Part shown: positions 8,140 to 17,451 of the stretch, one piece after another
Layout of the letters: every line of letters begins with the position of its first letter
How positions within the stretch are numbered: position 1 is the first letter of the stretch
DNA from: Gemmatimonadaceae bacterium
Lineage (GTDB): Bacteria > Gemmatimonadota > Gemmatimonadetes > Gemmatimonadales > Gemmatimonadaceae
Direction of reading: 5' to 3'
Length of the DNA: 64,000 nt
Assembly (NCBI GenBank): GCA_044224875.1
Contig: JBGAJQ010000004.1
Location: 1-64,000, forward strand
Notes under the pieces: model-generated
What the model was told of the DNA's origin: nothing
Seen by the model: only the letters and a program-made list of their open reading frames with translations
The model's database searches: none
Position numbers and translations under genes: made by a program

Positions 8140-9981
8140 ATGCACTCACCCTGCGTGTGCACCGTGACACTGCTGCTGACCATTGCCGGCTCACCGGCCG
8201 CCGGTCAGCGGCCGCTCAACCTGGACTTCGAGCGGTCCAGCGTGTCGTACGCCAACCGGCCATGGGGCTGGTCCCTTGGCTTCAACGTCTTCGCCCGGCC
8301 TGGCGCCGCATCGTTTGAGCTGGACAGTGCGTGGCATCACGCGGGACGGCAGAGTCTGCGGGTCACTGGTCACGGCGGTGATACCGCGACGCTCCTCTTA
8401 CAGCTCAAAGGCGCGGCGGCGTGGGGTCGCACGATCCGATTGCAGGGTTGGGTGTGCGCCGACACCGGCGCTCGTCAGGCCCTTGTCACACTGGAGGCTT
8501 GGAAGGGCGGAGCACCCCCCATCGGTGACACGGCGTCGATCGCGGGAGGTGGAGCGGCGAACGATTGGCGTTCGTTCGATCTGTCGATTCGCGTGCCGGA
8601 GGACCACGACATCCACTCTGTCGTGGTTTCGCTCTCGCTGATCGGCGGTGGCTCCGTCTGGTTCGACGATTTCCAGATGGCGATGGACGGGAAGCCACTG
8701 GAGTCGTGGCCAGAGAGCGCCTCCGCACCTGCACCCGCGGACCTGCGCTGGCTTGCGCTGCATTCGACCACACTGCGCACGGCGACGGTCGGTGGATCGC
8801 CGACGGACGATGACCTCGGCGCCTTTGCTCGCATCGTGGGATCGGCGCGGATCATCGCGCTGGGAGAGTCCACGCACGGCACCCATGAGTTCTTCACCCT
8901 GAAGGCCCGCGTGCTCGACTACGCCGTCCGCCGGCTTGGCGTGCGCGTCTTCGCGATCGAGGCCAACCAAGTTGCAGCTGAGCAGGTGAATCGTTACGTG
9001 CAGGGCGGACCTGGAACGGCGCGCGACGCGATGCGCGTGATGTTCCGTGTCTGGAACACCGAGGAGATGGAAGCGCTGGTGGACTCGCTGCGCCAGTGGA
9101 ATGCGACGCACCCCACGGACCGGGTACGGTTTGCGGGATACGACATGCAGGACCACCGCCGTCCGGTCGACAGCCTCCGGGCCATCCTGGGGCGCGTGCG
9201 TCCTTCGTGGCAGCCACGTGTTGACGAACTGCTCGGTGAATACCGGTCTCGCCCGTCCTACGCGACGCCGGATGTTGCCGATACCACGCGAGCTCGATGG
9301 GCGGAGCAGGCAACGACGCTGTGGCGGGACGTCACCTCGCAGCGCTCGGCGTGGCTGGCCGCCGCCCGGCCGGCGGACGACTCCCTGGCGGTGGAGTGGG
9401 CCGTCCAGGACGCGAACCTGATCCGTCAGGCCGCCAGGTTCAACGTCGCGCTGAGTTCCCCGGAGCGGGACTCACTCATGGCGGCCAACCTGGATTGGGT
9501 GCTCCAGACGCTCGCGCCGCGTGGGCGCGTGCTGGTGTGGGCCCACGACGTACACGTGAGCAAGGGTGGCGACACCACTCTGAGCTTCAATGGCGGTGCC
9601 CAGATGGGCGCCTACCTGCGCCGCACCCATGGCGACGACTACCGCAACTTCAGCCTGCTCACCTACCAGGGCACGTACTCGGCCACCCGCAGCTTTACGG
9701 ACTACGCGATGATCGCCGCCGAAGGGATTGCCGCGCCGGTTGGATCTGTGGAGGCTGCGTTGCACGCGCTGCCACGCCCTGCAGGAAGTGTTGGGTGGAT
9801 CGTTGACTTGCGGCGCGGAATGACCGACGCGGGGGCCGCCTGGCTCCGCCAGCTGCGACCGATCCGGCACGTGGGCTTCGCGGCGTACGACTACGGGTTC
9901 GACCTGAATGCGCAGGTGCCGCGTGAGTTCGACGGCGTCCTGTTCGTCGATCGGTCGAGTGCGTCGCGGATGCTACCGTAG
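8140..9981 (+). CDS. Erythromycin esterase (Ere/ChaN-like) family protein with signal peptide and N-terminal beta-sandwich domain
   Basis: IIALGESTHGTHEFF, FAIEA, VWNTEEM, FAGYDMQ, RDSLMAANL, VWAHDVH, FDGVLFVD motifs; N-terminal 'NLDFE...VWFDDF' CBM-like domain. The ORF-track start at 7183 is an antisense extension. Confidence 0.85.
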   Translation: MHSPCVCTVTLLLTIAGSPAAGQRPLNLDFERSSVSYANRPWGWSLGFNVFARPGAASFELDSAWHHAGRQSLRVTGHGGDTATLLLQLKGAAAWGRTIRLQGWVCADTGARQALVTLEAWKGGAPPIGDTASIAGGGAANDWRSFDLSIRVPEDHDIHSVVVSLSLIGGGSVWFDDFQMAMDGKPLESWPESASAPAPADLRWLALHSTTLRTATVGGSPTDDDLGAFARIVGSARIIALGESTHGTHEFFTLKARVLDYAVRRLGVRVFAIEANQVAAEQVNRYVQGGPGTARDAMRVMFRVWNTEEMEALVDSLRQWNATHPTDRVRFAGYDMQDHRRPVDSLRAILGRVRPSWQPRVDELLGEYRSRPSYATPDVADTTRARWAEQATTLWRDVTSQRSAWLAAARPADDSLAVEWAVQDANLIRQAARFNVALSSPERDSLMAANLDWVLQTLAPRGRVLVWAHDVHVSKGGDTTLSFNGGAQMGAYLRRTHGDDYRNFSLLTYQGTYSATRSFTDYAMIAAEGIAAPVGSVEAALHALPRPAGSVGWIVDLRRGMTDAGAAWLRQLRPIRHVGFAAYDYGFDLNAQVPREFDGVLFVDRSSASRMLP

Positions 9982-9992
9982 TGTCTCCCCGA

Positions 9993-10018
9993 CCCCCTTG
10001 CCAAATTTGGCAAGGGGG
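9993..10018. terminator. Perfect 26-bp palindrome between convergent genes
   Basis: CCCCCTTGCCAAATTTGGCAAGGGGG equals its own reverse complement. Confidence 0.6.
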
Positions 10019-10060
10019 CCTGCAGTGAGAAGGGGGGCCCGCGAGTTCTGACTGCCGGAC

Positions 10061-10153
10061 CTCTCCCGACCTAGCTCGCCGTCTTCCGCATCTCTACCAA
10101 CCTTAGCTCACCGTCTTCCGCATCCTTACCGACCTTAGCTCGCCGTCTTCCGC
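10061..10153. repeat. Tandem ~32-bp repeat x3; the last copy is the 3' end of the CocE/NonD gene
   Basis: ccgacc-tagctcgccgtcttccgcatctcta / ccaaccttagctcaccgtcttccgcatcctta / ccgaccttagctcgccgtcttccgc. Confidence 0.85.
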
Positions 10154-12093
10154 TTCACCACGGTCACCTTGAGTTCCGTGGGGAACTTCTTCGAATGGTG
10201 CACAAGGTTGTGTGCCACCACACCGGTGGCCTCGTCGTAGTTGTTCCCACCGGTGTTCATGTTGCGATCGAAACGCGGGAAGTTTGAGCTGCTGACCTCG
10301 ATCCGCAACCGATGGCCAGCCTCGAAGTAGTTGCTGGTCGTCATGGGACCCAGGGTCACCTTATACACTTTCCCCGCCTCCATCATCACCACCTTGTCGT
10401 ACCCCTCGCGATAGCGCACGCGCTGGATGGTCTCGTCCAGGTTGTAGGCTCGGCCGTCGGGATACACGTCGATGAGCTTCACGGTGAAGTCTGTGTCCTT
10501 TACGTCCGATGACACGTACAGGTTCAACTCCACGGGGCCACTGACCTCGGTGCCTTCCTTCAGCGGCTCGGTCGTGTACACTAGGATGTCGTCCCGCTCC
10601 TCCATCTTCTGTTGGTCCAGCGCGCCGCCGACGACAGCGTTCCCGGTACAGCAGACATTGCCGCCATACGACGGCACGGGGTTCATCGGGTCGTAGCTGA
10701 AGGTGTCCGGCTTGTCCACCTTGGGCGGTGTGAGCGTGAGCTTGCCGTCACCCTTGGCCGAGTTGGCCTTGCCGTCGCTGTTGAGATAGTAGCTGACGGT
10801 CTGGGCACCCTCTGGGGGCCACGTGCTCGCCGTCTGCCACTTGTTCATCCCCATGGTGAAGTAGCGCACCTTGGGCAGCGTATCCAGCAGCTTGCTCTGG
10901 TCCCCCTTTAGGAAGATGTCGAACCAGCCGTAGGTGAGCGCGTCGTAGTCATAGCGCGCGTCGCCCATGCTGCGCTCGCCGACGACGGTGTTCTCCGTGG
11001 CGCGCTTGTACGAGCAGTGCAGCGTGGGGGCGATGATCGCGTACTGCTTGTCGGCGATGTCGGGGCTCGCCGTCTTCCGCACGTGGTTGTAGGCCGCGAG
11101 GTTCGGGCCCACGGAGACGTCGTACCAGGACATGAACCAGAGTCCGGGGACGTTAATCCGCATGTCGTCGTGGAATAGTCCACCGCGATACCACGCCGAG
11201 TCGTTAGGCGTGCGCTTGATCATCGCCCCGCCGGTAGCCAACCCCGGCATGGAGTCGGCGAAGATGCCACGTGGTCCGTCCACCGCCTTGATGATGTCCA
11301 TCTCCGGCAGCTTGCGCAGCGCCTGCGCCCAGTCCACCGGGGGTTGCTGCTGCGCCAGATCAAACGACTTGGCGAAGCGGATGAGCTCTGCCTGCGACAG
11401 GTTGGCCGGCGGCATCGGGCGATTCTGGTTCTGTTCACCATACAGCCACGCAATGAACAGCATCTGCACGGCACCACCGCGATACCAGTTTCCCTGCTCG
11501 TAGAAGTTGCCGATTCGTCCAACGCCAGCGCCAAAGCCCTGCGGAATGATCGTTCCCAACCCGGGAGGGGCCTGCGCGGCGACAGCCATCTGCCACTCCG
11601 CCGTCGACGAACAGCCAATCAAACCCACTTTCCCATTGGCCCAAGGCTGCGTCGACATCCATTGAATGGCGTCGTAGCCGTCGGTGGTTGGCGGCCCGAG
11701 GATGTCGTAGTTCCCTTCGGAGAAGAAGTGGCCGCGCTCGTTCATGCCCACGTACGCGTAGCCGCGCTTCACGGCATCCAGTTGCGCCGTCATGTCGGCC
11801 GGGGCGCCGAGCCTGACGTCCCAGAAGTTGAAGTTGTACGGGGTGCGGACGAAGATGATCGGCACCTTGCCGGTGGCAGTCTTCGGCCGGTACACATCCG
11901 CCTGCATGCGCACGCCATCGCGCATGGGCACCATCAGCTTGCGATCGACGAACGCGAGCTTCTGGAGTTCCGCCTCGAGCGAGTCCCGCCGGGCGCGGAG
12001 CTGCGCAACGTTCTGGTTCGCGTTAGGCTGGGCGGAGGCAACCGAGCTGGCGAGCAAGGCGGCGATTGACAGGACGGCGAGTCGAAAACGCAT
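10135..12093 (-). CDS. CocE/NonD family hydrolase (peptidase S15), secreted
   Basis: Signal peptide; [22 protein letters not shown], nucleophile elbow GCSS, SWYD, C-terminal jelly-roll '[15 protein letters not shown]', '[11 protein letters not shown]'. Confidence 0.92.
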   Translation of the reverse strand: MRFRLAVLSIAALLASSVASAQPNANQNVAQLRARRDSLEAELQKLAFVDRKLMVPMRDGVRMQADVYRPKTATGKVPIIFVRTPYNFNFWDVRLGAPADMTAQLDAVKRGYAYVGMNERGHFFSEGNYDILGPPTTDGYDAIQWMSTQPWANGKVGLIGCSSTAEWQMAVAAQAPPGLGTIIPQGFGAGVGRIGNFYEQGNWYRGGAVQMLFIAWLYGEQNQNRPMPPANLSQAELIRFAKSFDLAQQQPPVDWAQALRKLPEMDIIKAVDGPRGIFADSMPGLATGGAMIKRTPNDSAWYRGGLFHDDMRINVPGLWFMSWYDVSVGPNLAAYNHVRKTASPDIADKQYAIIAPTLHCSYKRATENTVVGERSMGDARYDYDALTYGWFDIFLKGDQSKLLDTLPKVRYFTMGMNKWQTASTWPPEGAQTVSYYLNSDGKANSAKGDGKLTLTPPKVDKPDTFSYDPMNPVPSYGGNVCCTGNAVVGGALDQQKMEERDDILVYTTEPLKEGTEVSGPVELNLYVSSDVKDTDFTVKLIDVYPDGRAYNLDETIQRVRYREGYDKVVMMEAGKVYKVTLGPMTTSNYFEAGHRLRIEVSSSNFPRFDRNMNTGGNNYDEATGVVAHNLVHHSKKFPTELKVTVVKRKTAS

Positions 12094-12205
12094 CTTCTCT
12101 CCGAGTCAGTGGGGTTGGCGCTCGAGAGCGCCCAGGCAGGGCACACCAACGGTAAGGGGCCTCACGCCTCACGCCGTCGGAAGATCCCTCACAGCGCGCC
12201 TCTTG

Positions 12206-12682
12206 TCAGCGCACTGCGGACCTTCCGGCGCCCAGACCGCGGACGAAGTGATCGAGGGCCGCTTCGAGACCGTTGTCGGACGCGCCACTCATCGGTGCGC
12301 CCAGGCCGAAGACATTCCCCTGGATGGCAATCACGAACGTCTCCGGTGCGGGTTTCCCAACGACCGCGGCGTACGTGCCGAGCAGTGCCTCCGGCGAGAG
12401 CGCGTGCGACGTGTGCCCCCTTATGCGTCCGGCAGCAACGCGTCGAACATCGTATCCTGCGTCCAGCCATTCGCTCGTAGCATCCACGAAGTAGACCTGC
12501 TCCCGACCCCTCAGGTCCAGGGCATGCTCCACCTGCAATTGAAAATCGGTGAGAACGTCGATCGTTCCGTCCGCGATCAGCTCTGGGTAGCGCTCCGCCA
12601 GGCGACGCACGAACTCCGGACCCAATGCGTCATCGCCACGGGATGGGTTTCCATAGCCGAAGACAAGAATCGGCGCGGTCAT
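12206..12682 (-). CDS. hoxW: Hydrogenase maturation endopeptidase (HoxW-type)
   Basis: GYGNPSRGDDALG, FVDA, HTSHALSP motifs; ATGA overlap with the hoxH stop. Confidence 0.9.
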   Translation of the reverse strand: MTAPILVFGYGNPSRGDDALGPEFVRRLAERYPELIADGTIDVLTDFQLQVEHALDLRGREQVYFVDATSEWLDAGYDVRRVAAGRIRGHTSHALSPEALLGTYAAVVGKPAPETFVIAIQGNVFGLGAPMSGASDNGLEAALDHFVRGLGAGRSAVR

Positions 12683-14148
12683 GCGTCGCGAGTGGCACGG
12701 TCGACGACACGACCCTGACCATCTTGCAGCTCCACCACCAGTGGCATCTGGCCCAGCGCATGGGTGGCGCACGAGAGGCACGGATCGAACGCTCGAATGG
12801 CGACCTCGATGTGGTTCAACAACCCTTCGGTGATCGTCTGGCCGTCGATATACTCGCGAGCCACGGATCGCACGGCCTCGTTCATCGCCTGATTGTTGTG
12901 CGTCGTCGACACGATCAGGTTGCACATCGTCACCAGGTCGTGCGCGTCCACCTTGTAGTTGTGGATCAACGTGCCGCGCGGCGCTTCGATGATCCCCACG
13001 CCCTCACCGGCACGTGGGCCGCGGGCGAGTAACTCTTCACCACTCACGTCATCATCACGAAGCAAGTCGCCAATGACTTCCGCCGCGTGCAACAACTCGA
13101 TCAGCCGCGCCCAGTGATACGCCAGCGGCGCATGCACCATGGCCCCGTCGTGCGCCGCGCGAAACGCCTGGCGCTCGGCTTCCGCCTCGGGCGTGTGGAT
13201 GAAATCGCAGTTCTGCACGCGAGCCAGTGGTCCCACTTTGTACCAGCCCCGCTCTGGACCTAACGCGGTGAGGTACGGGAACTTCATGTAGGTCCACGGC
13301 TTCACCTCCTCGGCGATGTGGCGGCGGAAGTCGGCCGGTGCCACTTCATCCAGGATGATCTCGCCGTCGGCGTCACGAGCGCGGAGGGTTCCATCGTAGA
13401 ACTCGAGTCGCCCGCCGTGACCTACCAACGAGAGCAGGTTCGAGCGAAAATGCCCGAACGATGCATACAGCGCCCGATGACGCTGATGCAACAGCTTCAC
13501 CAACTCCAACCCCTCATGCGCCCACTCGACGATCTTCGGCATCTCCGCCAGCAGTTCGAGTCGCTCGGCGACGGTCACCGACCGGTTCACGCCTCCGGGT
13601 ACCGAGCCGGTGCCGTGCACGCGCTTCCCGGCGGTGACGCGAATGATTTCCTGTCCAAACTTTCGCAGCATCACCCCGTGGGTCGCCAGCTCGGGAAAGG
13701 CCTCGACGACACCGACGATGTTGCGCTTCGTCAGGTCGCTGTCGAAGCCGAACAGCAGGTCGGGTGTGGAGAGGTAGTAGAAGTGCAGGGCATGCGACTG
13801 CAGGATTTGCCCGTAGTGCATCAGTCGTCGCACCTTGTCGGCCGTCGGTGTCAGCTGGTTGGCGCCAACAACGGCGTCCAGTGCCTTGGATGCGGCCAGG
13901 TGGTGGCTCACGGGGCAGATGCCGCACAGCCGCTGGACCATGACGGGCACTTCCCAGTACGGGCGACCCTGGATGAAGCGCTCGAAGCCACGGAACTCCA
14001 CGATGTGCAAGCGCGCCTGGTGCACGTGTCCCTCGTCATCCAGCAAGAGCGTCACCTTGCCGTGACCCTCCACTCGCGACACCTGTTCAATGGCAATGCG
14101 CCGAGTGGGCTTGTCGGTGCGGGTCGTTTCGAGCGACGTCTCAGTCAT
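12679..14148 (-). CDS. hoxH: NAD-reducing (group 3d) [NiFe]-hydrogenase large subunit
   Basis: SRVEGHGK; L1 motif RLCGICPVSH; L2 motif DPCLSCATH followed by a cleavable C-terminal extension; EAPRGTLIH. Confidence 0.95.
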   Translation of the reverse strand: MTETSLETTRTDKPTRRIAIEQVSRVEGHGKVTLLLDDEGHVHQARLHIVEFRGFERFIQGRPYWEVPVMVQRLCGICPVSHHLAASKALDAVVGANQLTPTADKVRRLMHYGQILQSHALHFYYLSTPDLLFGFDSDLTKRNIVGVVEAFPELATHGVMLRKFGQEIIRVTAGKRVHGTGSVPGGVNRSVTVAERLELLAEMPKIVEWAHEGLELVKLLHQRHRALYASFGHFRSNLLSLVGHGGRLEFYDGTLRARDADGEIILDEVAPADFRRHIAEEVKPWTYMKFPYLTALGPERGWYKVGPLARVQNCDFIHTPEAEAERQAFRAAHDGAMVHAPLAYHWARLIELLHAAEVIGDLLRDDDVSGEELLARGPRAGEGVGIIEAPRGTLIHNYKVDAHDLVTMCNLIVSTTHNNQAMNEAVRSVAREYIDGQTITEGLLNHIEVAIRAFDPCLSCATHALGQMPLVVELQDGQGRVVDRATRDA

Positions 14149-14668
14149 ATCGGATGAGTCCATGGCCCAGGTGCGGTGTGCGGCCTGCGATGATATCCGT
14201 GAGGAGCTGCCAGATCGCCTCAGCCGACGGCGGACATCCTGGCAGGGAGTAGTCGATGCGCACCACGTCGTTGATGGGATGCACCTGGTCGAGTGGCAGC
14301 GGCAACTCCGGGTCGTTAGGTACGACCTTGTACACCGACGTCAGGCAGTCGCGAATGTCCAGGTGATTGCGTTGCGCAGGAAGGCCACCGTTGATAGCGC
14401 AGGCGCCCACTGCCACCAGAACCTTGCACTGTCGGCGAAACTCCCGAAGCACGGTGACGTTCTCGGCATTGCACAAGCCACCTTCAATAAAGCCAAGATC
14501 GCACAGGCCGCATTCCTTGATGTCGGTGAGTGGCGACCGGTCGAGCTCCACATAATCCAACAGCGGAACGATCCGCTCGTCGATGTCGAGGAGCGACATG
14601 TGGCATCCGAAGCACCCCGCCAGCGACACCGTCGCCACGCGCAACTTCTTGTCGGTCGCAGTGGTCAC
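14141..14668 (-). CDS. hoxY: [NiFe]-hydrogenase small subunit
   Basis: SLAGCFGCHMS, EGG, GACAINGG, PGCPP; short single-cluster form. Confidence 0.93.
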   Translation of the reverse strand: MTTATDKKLRVATVSLAGCFGCHMSLLDIDERIVPLLDYVELDRSPLTDIKECGLCDLGFIEGGLCNAENVTVLREFRRQCKVLVAVGACAINGGLPAQRNHLDIRDCLTSVYKVVPNDPELPLPLDQVHPINDVVRIDYSLPGCPPSAEAIWQLLTDIIAGRTPHLGHGLIRYD

Positions 14669-15369
14669 GGGTTCTCCTTTGCTGGCATCGCGCTAATGGG
14701 CGCCGCATCATAGGTGCGCTGCCCGATCGGCGTCGCGAAGCCTCGGCCGCGCTTGAGGATCACGCCGACGGGACACACGGCGACGGCTGTGTCGGTCACC
14801 GCTATCGATGTGTCGACCAGTTTTCCCGACTCGGCGTTCACGATCAGATGCTTCTTGATGCCGCGTCCAGAAAGAGCGAAGACGTTCCGACCATCGATGT
14901 CGGCCGATGCGCGCACGCACAGCTCGCAGAGAATGCAGCGATTGAAGTCGAGGACGATGTCTGGGTGGGACGCATCGATCGGGCGGTCGGGAAAGAGTTG
15001 CGTGAAGTGGAGCGTCTTCACCTCCAGCTGATACGCGACCGCCTGCAGCTTGCAGTCGCCACTCTTTTCGCAGGACGGGCAGAAGTGATTTCCCTCTACG
15101 AAGAGCAGCTGAACGATCTCGCGGCGCAATTCGCGCACCTCCGGCGTCTCGCTTTCGATCTCGAGTCCTGCTTGGGCCGGCAGTGTGCACGCCGCACTCA
15201 TGCGTCCGTTCACCTTTACCATGCACACGCGGCAGCTGCCATGTGGCTTGAACTCAGGGTGCGCGCACAGATGCGGTACATAGGTTCCCGCGGCGAGCGC
15301 CGCCTGCAACACCGTTTGCCCCTGGGTGAACGGCACCTCGACGCCGTCAAGCGAGAAGGTATTGGTCAT
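14665..15369 (-). CDS. hoxU: Diaphorase Fe-S subunit (NuoG N-terminus-like)
   Basis: PHLC...GSCRVC...AAC (2Fe-2S); HFCPSCEKSGDC; RCILCELCVRAS...CPVG. Confidence 0.93.
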   Translation of the reverse strand: MTNTFSLDGVEVPFTQGQTVLQAALAAGTYVPHLCAHPEFKPHGSCRVCMVKVNGRMSAACTLPAQAGLEIESETPEVRELRREIVQLLFVEGNHFCPSCEKSGDCKLQAVAYQLEVKTLHFTQLFPDRPIDASHPDIVLDFNRCILCELCVRASADIDGRNVFALSGRGIKKHLIVNAESGKLVDTSIAVTDTAVAVCPVGVILKRGRGFATPIGQRTYDAAPISAMPAKENP

Positions 15370-17144
15370 TGGGACTCCAGGTGCGCGTGCGAGTCATCGC
15401 GGCGGGTGACCGCGCGTGCCGGCGCCAACGCTTCGTCGAGATCGAAGCTCGGGGCGAATTCGAGCGAGAGCAGACGTCGTTCGAGCGTGGGCCGGAATTT
15501 CTCGTACAGTTCGAGATATGGATTGCAGGCAGTGTGTCCCAGGCCGCACTGGCTGCCAAGGCGCATCAGGTGCGCCACGCGGCGCGCCACTCTCACGTCG
15601 CGGCGTGTGCCGCGACCGTCCGCGATGCGATCCAACGACTTGGCCAGTTCCGTGGTGCCTACACGGCACGGCGTACAGAAGCCACAACTCTCGTGGGCGA
15701 AGAACTGTGCGTGGTTGACGGCGACGTCGAGCAAATCGCGGTGAGCGCCAAAGACCATGAAGGCCCCTGCCGAAGGCACATCCTCGAAGGCAAGACGTCG
15801 TGAGAACTCGTGCGGCGCCAACAGCATCCCTGAGGGGCCACCCACCTGGACAGCCTGCACGTCGTGCGCGCCACACGCATCGAGGAGTGCCTGCACCGTG
15901 ATACCTAACGGGAATTCATACAAGCCGGGACGTTCGCAGTCTCCCGATACCGAGTGGGCACGCGTTCCGCTCGACGGTGCGGTGCCAACGGACGCAAACC
16001 AGTCGCCGCCATGCAACGCCACCAATGCCGCCGAGGCTAGCGTCTCGACGTTGTTCACCACGGTGGGCTGTTGAAGGTAGCCATGCGTGACGGGATAGGG
16101 CGGTCGATTCCTGGGGATGCCCCGCTTGCCTTCGAGTGACTCGATGAGGGCCGACTCCTCGCCACACACGTACGCGCCGGCTCCCAGGTGCAACGCGATG
16201 TCGAAGTCAAAGCCTTGGTGCCCGAGTACGTCGCGTCCCAGCAGGTGTGACCGGCGGCGCGACGCCAGCGCGGACTCGATGACCGGTTGCAGGTGGAGAT
16301 ACTCCCCTCGGAGGTAGATGAACCCCTGCTGTGCGCCAATCGTTAGGCCGCAGAGGGTCATGCCGTCGAGTACCAGGTCGATCTGCTTTCCAAGCAATGC
16401 GCGGTCCTTGAACGTGCCCGGTTCCCCTTCGTCGGCGTTGCAGACGACAAAGCGGGTCGGCCCGGGAGCGGCCTTCGCCGCGGCCCACTTGTCGGCCGTT
16501 GAGAACCCCGCGCCGCCGCGCCCACGAAGGCGAGATTGCTTCACCTCGGCGAGAGTGCCGGCGGCGCCGCGGGCCATGGCCGCGCGGAGCGCATCGCCGG
16601 CGCTGATCGTCGCCGACAGCAGGCGATCGCGCCGGCGGATCACGTCGGCAATCATGAACCACTCGGCGGGCCAGTGCGGCAACGGTGTTTTGGTCTCGAT
16701 GAGCTGCGCGATCTGGTCGACGCGCGACTCCGTCAACCCGGCAATCGCTCGGCCGTTCACCAACAAGGCGGGGCCTTGCTCGCAGAGACCGGTGCACGAC
16801 GTCACCCCGATGCTCACCCGCCAATCCGGACGAACAGTGCCTAGCGGCGTCTGCAACGTCCGGCAGAGGCGAGACGCCAGCGCGCGACTGCCTCGGAACA
16901 CGTCGGCGATGCAATCGGAGAAGAGGATCCGGTACTCGCCTTTCGGCGTGGTGCAGAAGAAGGAGTAGAAGCCCGCCACGCCCTCAACGCGAGCCCGCGG
17001 GAGCCCGAGGTGGCCGGCGAGTTGGGTGATGATGCCGGGGGAGATCCAACCATTCGCTTCCTGGACGTCGCGTAGGATCTGCACGAGTCGCGTGGGATCG
17101 TGGCGGTGCCGCTCAAGCAGCGCGAGGATGTCCAAGTTGTGCAT
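15366..17144 (-). CDS. hoxF: Diaphorase flavoprotein subunit (NuoE+NuoF-like fusion)
   Basis: GRGGAGF, CNADEGEPGTFKDR, GAGAYVCGEESAL, NNVETL, ESCGFCTPCRVG; N-terminal NuoE-like domain. Confidence 0.95.
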   Translation of the reverse strand: MHNLDILALLERHRHDPTRLVQILRDVQEANGWISPGIITQLAGHLGLPRARVEGVAGFYSFFCTTPKGEYRILFSDCIADVFRGSRALASRLCRTLQTPLGTVRPDWRVSIGVTSCTGLCEQGPALLVNGRAIAGLTESRVDQIAQLIETKTPLPHWPAEWFMIADVIRRRDRLLSATISAGDALRAAMARGAAGTLAEVKQSRLRGRGGAGFSTADKWAAAKAAPGPTRFVVCNADEGEPGTFKDRALLGKQIDLVLDGMTLCGLTIGAQQGFIYLRGEYLHLQPVIESALASRRRSHLLGRDVLGHQGFDFDIALHLGAGAYVCGEESALIESLEGKRGIPRNRPPYPVTHGYLQQPTVVNNVETLASAALVALHGGDWFASVGTAPSSGTRAHSVSGDCERPGLYEFPLGITVQALLDACGAHDVQAVQVGGPSGMLLAPHEFSRRLAFEDVPSAGAFMVFGAHRDLLDVAVNHAQFFAHESCGFCTPCRVGTTELAKSLDRIADGRGTRRDVRVARRVAHLMRLGSQCGLGHTACNPYLELYEKFRPTLERRLLSLEFAPSFDLDEALAPARAVTRRDDSHAHLESQ

Positions 17145-17451
17145 GCGGCCAAAATGTCCGGTTCGGCTTCAATACGGGGAGGGACGTCGCAGGATACGCC
17201 CCATGACCGGTGATGGGGCACCCCGTAACCCCCGACAAGCTGTCCTCTCCTCTGGCAATTGCACGAATCGGGTGACGCGGCATCACCGGCTGCACCGGAC
17301 CCGCGGTCCCGCTCCGAGCAATGGGTGCGACACGAGGCGTGTGGCGTGATTGCAACTAGGTCGAATGACCGTTGCGAAAAGCGGAGTTCAGGTCCATCTA
17401 AACGGGCACAGCTGTACAGAGGTTCGAGTTAACTCCCCCCGGGAACGTCTC

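Noticed and set aside
10061..10153. Possible mini-CRISPR array
   Set aside because: Units are contiguous with no unique 25-45 nt spacers, one copy is coding sequence, and there are no cas genes in the window.
14300..14345. HoxY loop before 'PNDPELP' looks a few residues shorter than homologues I recall
   Set aside because: Variable loop, frame intact and all Cys ligands present; cannot be supported without an alignment.
17145..17451. Sigma54 promoter upstream of hoxF or the PKD gene (TGGC...TTGC words)
   Set aside because: GG-to-GC spacing does not match the required -24/-12 geometry.
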